From: Gemmatimonadota bacterium
GTDB lineage: Bacteria; Gemmatimonadota; Gemmatimonadetes; Gemmatimonadales; GWC2-71-9
Direction: 5' to 3'
Assembly: GCA_039588295.1 (NCBI GenBank)
Contig: JBDHAB010000049.1
Span: forward strand, 1 to 19,680
Length of the DNA stretch: 19,680 bases
This document shows, piece by piece, positions 18,001 through 19,680 of the stretch (within the stretch, counting starts at the first letter, position 1; each line of letters begins with the position of its first letter). The translations under genes were made by a program, and so were the position numbers. A model generated the notes under the pieces. It had not been told where the DNA came from, made no database searches, and saw only the letters and a program-made list of their open reading frames with translations.

Positions 18001-18101
18001 GTGCGCCAGCCAGTTTCGGCGTCGGGTGCCTCTTGAGCGGAGAGAGGTGCGGCGGATAAGCCGAGACTCACGAGCGCCAGCAGCGCGAAGCGATGCGACA
18101 T
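15075..18101 (-). CDS. Exported PD40 beta-propeller + metal-dependent amidohydrolase
   Basis: Signal peptide ending PLSA/Q; two sets of SPDG blades. The amidohydrolase motifs IPGLFDMHVH, FIK, MEHG, VEH, AGTDAP and G.MEVGKLADIVLLDANPLEDI are all intact. Confidence 0.92.
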   Translation of the reverse strand: MSHRFALLALVSLGLSAAPLSAQEAPDAETGWRTIEFETTEVTAPDVAISPDGQWLIFTLLGHLYRLPVEGGTAEQLTFGPYHDMDPAISPDGTRVAFGSNRDGSDGNIYVLNLADGEISQVTHDSLAGRPAWSPDGTAIAYLRLRTRSYHCPTGRAGVARVAMDGSEPQYVVGGDNLISSVFYLPDGRLAWSVVQFTLRPSTRIDVSMTRDSVETLTTISGAMGRVLVNAAGTEFYGRGNPRDANGVLASDLLQFREFEGNEERRIATLTMPPCQWQVTPSFAITPTGDAAYLGEAGRLWKYVVRDGAREPIPFRANVTIEVREPTAPRTVAFPAPGEFLTPRGIMSPTLSPDGGTLVFGAADHLWQQPTSGGPAQRLVDGHGYERQPALSPNGQHLVFISSGAWEQHARVLDLESQEIQTLATGLLYWDPAWSRDGRRVVFVGAEPSASGLRLIVANVAEGTTERFAVPGAGWPSRPQFSADGAWLYYSAQPGATRSLYRLDLDGETKPQEFIALERHLHDPLLSPDGQWVAFRRNMEIWLARVDGEAGPGDERIRRASDVGGDNFGFTPDGTALLYASGDRVWRQTISGGERVEIPIGLSLRSPSPPSILIRDVRVLDFAAGGFGTETSLLVEGGRIRWIGTEREHELPTDVVILDGGGRFAIPGLFDMHVHATAGAWSRSDFQEAWLAYGVTSVREAENGLAFSTTLVDRSESTSDPVPRYFFSGNVFCGQLGPLPWETVPPAASFVLSDESDVRTYVRHWSKRGVHFIKTHPCLSWSLHRALADEARRVGLPVMEHGNAHDWLLRSVTLGSRFVEHFDSYYDDVLQLLAAAGTAWSPTLTLSLADVALIEPERIANPKLQAFAIEGLLEHQQRHFDQVDAELWREQRSSELSMIGAAYHRGVRLYAGTDAPYGPVPGASLHRELRSFVDAGIPPLEVLRIATQEAAEAVGAGDDLGAMEVGKLADIVLLDANPLEDIENSKAIWRVIKGGWVFDPEELKPNRN

Positions 18102-18165
18102 GACACGACCCCCGGCTGTGCGACTGAGCCAATGTGTGGGAGCTACCTGTCAGCAGTCTCTCGGC

Positions 18166-18181
18166 CCTCGTCGTCGGGCGG
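18166..18181. repeat. 16-bp direct repeat, copy 2 (CCTCGTCGTCGGGCGG); candidate promoter element of the five-gene operon
   Basis: Identical to 7070-7085; lies 65 nt upstream of ATG 18101. Confidence 0.6.
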
Positions 18182-18344
18182 GCGTCGTACTGCGGCGTCT
18201 GTCTGGCGGCGGGGGCGGGGAGGCCACCGACGGGAAGATTCGTCCTGCCAATGTGTCGCGCGAGCGTGAGCGTGCAAGCTTCTAATGCGAGTGTCGCGCT
18301 TCAGATTCGGTGTGTTCACGCGATGTATTAGAGGAAGTCTTGAT

Positions 18345-18368
18345 CCGTCAGCCGTCAGCTGACAGCCG
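18345..18368 (-). repeat. Short heptamer-repeat hairpin after dctM (GCTGTCA GCTGACG GCTGACG)
   Basis: Minus-strand stem CUGUCAGC/GCUGACGG with a 5-nt loop, about 18 nt after the dctM stop. No U-tract. Confidence 0.4.
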
Positions 18369-18383
18369 CGGTTCAGCGGAGCC

Positions 18384-19679
18384 CTAGTACCCCACCAGCC
18401 TCGGCAGGGCCTCGGTGAGCCACGGCAGGTAGATGACCAAGAAGAGCACGAGGACCATTATGGCGTAGAATGGCAAGAGCGCCTTGGTGGTTCGCGCCAC
18501 GGTCGTTCTGCCGATCCCGCACCCTACGAACAGGATCGACCCCACAGGCGGTGTGCACAGCCCAATGCACAGGTTGAGTACCATCATGATGCCAAAGTGA
18601 AGCGGCGAGATTCCCAGCTGGTGGGCCACTGGGAGGAAGATCGGCGTGAAGATCAGCACCGCCGGTGTGATGTCCATGAAGGTGCCCGCGGCAAGTAGCA
18701 GCACGTTGATGAACAGCAGAATCAGCACCCTGCTCTCAGTGAGCGAGAGCAAGAATGCCGCGAGATCCTGCGGCACGTTCTCATAGCTGAGGATCCACGA
18801 CAGGGCGGTCGAGGTCGCGATGAGGAACATCACGATCGCCGTCGTCTCGGCGGACTTGAGAAGGATCTCCGGCAGATCGCGCACGCGCACCTCACGGTAG
18901 ACCGGCACGGCGAGGATCAACGAGTACACCACAGCGACGGCACTTGCCTCCGTGGCGGTGAAGATCCCCGCCACGATCCCCCCCATCACGATCACGATGA
19001 GAAGCAGACTCGGGATCGCGCGGAAGAAGGCACGGACACCCTCGGAGAGATTGGGACGACCAGCCACCGGGTACGTGCGGCGAACGGCGATCAGCCCGCC
19101 CACCAACATGAGCGCGAGACCCAGCAGGATGCCCGGCACGTATCCGGCGACGAACAGCGCCGCAATTGAGACACCGCCGCTTGCCAGGGAGTACACGATC
19201 AGGACATTGCTCGGTGGGATGATGAGACCCGTGGCAGACCCTGTCATGGTGACCGCAACGCTGTACTCCCGCTCGTAGCCCTCTTCCTCCATCGAGGGAA
19301 TCATGAAACCGCCGACGGCCGACGTCGCCGCCACCGCTGACCCCGAGATGGTACCGAAGAACATGCTGGCCAGCACGTTCACATAAGCCAACCCTCCGGC
19401 AAAGCCGCCGACCAGCACCTTCGCGAAATCGATGAGCCGCTGCGCCATCCCGCCGTCGGAGATGAGTCGGCCCGACAGGATGAAGAACGGGATCGCCAGG
19501 AGGGCAAAGCTGTCAATGCCCGTCGCCATCCTGAGCGCCGCCGTCGTCACGGCCGGTCCCAGCGGGATGGTCACGAGCATCGTGACCATCGTGGCCATGC
19601 CGATACTCACGGCAATGGGCACGCCGAGCGCCAAGCAGGCGAGGAACGTCACGATGAGCAGGGCGACCACACTGTCCAT
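18384..19679 (-). CDS. dctM: TRAP transporter large permease subunit
   Basis: Highly hydrophobic, 431 aa. DctM motifs SFALLAIPFFILSG, GGLAYVNV..SMFFGTISGSAVA, IIPPS, SIAALF.AG.VPG, GIFTATEA, PLHFGI and IGLCTPPVG. The ATG is at the window edge. Confidence 0.95.
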   Translation of the reverse strand: MDSVVALLIVTFLACLALGVPIAVSIGMATMVTMLVTIPLGPAVTTAALRMATGIDSFALLAIPFFILSGRLISDGGMAQRLIDFAKVLVGGFAGGLAYVNVLASMFFGTISGSAVAATSAVGGFMIPSMEEEGYEREYSVAVTMTGSATGLIIPPSNVLIVYSLASGGVSIAALFVAGYVPGILLGLALMLVGGLIAVRRTYPVAGRPNLSEGVRAFFRAIPSLLLIVIVMGGIVAGIFTATEASAVAVVYSLILAVPVYREVRVRDLPEILLKSAETTAIVMFLIATSTALSWILSYENVPQDLAAFLLSLTESRVLILLFINVLLLAAGTFMDITPAVLIFTPIFLPVAHQLGISPLHFGIMMVLNLCIGLCTPPVGSILFVGCGIGRTTVARTTKALLPFYAIMVLVLFLVIYLPWLTEALPRLVGY

Positions 19680-19680
19680 C

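Noticed and set aside
1..19680. CRISPR array, tRNA/rRNA, transposase, integrase or defence genes
   Set aside because: No regularly spaced repeats, RNA gene signatures or recombinase/nuclease motifs were seen; nearly all of the sequence is accounted for by envelope protein genes.

Overview
GC-rich bacterial DNA. SusC/SusD genes in a high-GC background suggest Gemmatimonadota (inference). The window is almost entirely cell-envelope and uptake genes. On the minus strand, right to left: a TRAP transporter large permease (dctM); a tight five-gene operon of exported proteins (beta-propeller + amidohydrolase, an intact S9 DPP-IV-like peptidase, a paralogous S9 protein whose nucleophile elbow is destroyed, a TolB/PD40 beta-propeller protein, and an exported LolA-like domain fused to a class I SAM methyltransferase); a 30-codon signal-peptide-like ORF; a SusC/SusD pair with an intrinsic terminator; and a barrel-less, plug-only SusC paralogue. 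On the plus strand at the left is a frameshifted and internally deleted NfeD-N-domain gene that lacks the catalytic Ser and is fused to an unrelated beta-rich domain. It is divergent from a small CxxC...CxxC ORF. An identical 16-bp intergenic motif lies on both sides of the five-gene operon. I found no rRNA, tRNA, CRISPR array, integrase or transposase. All calls come from reading motifs by eye; no searches were run.
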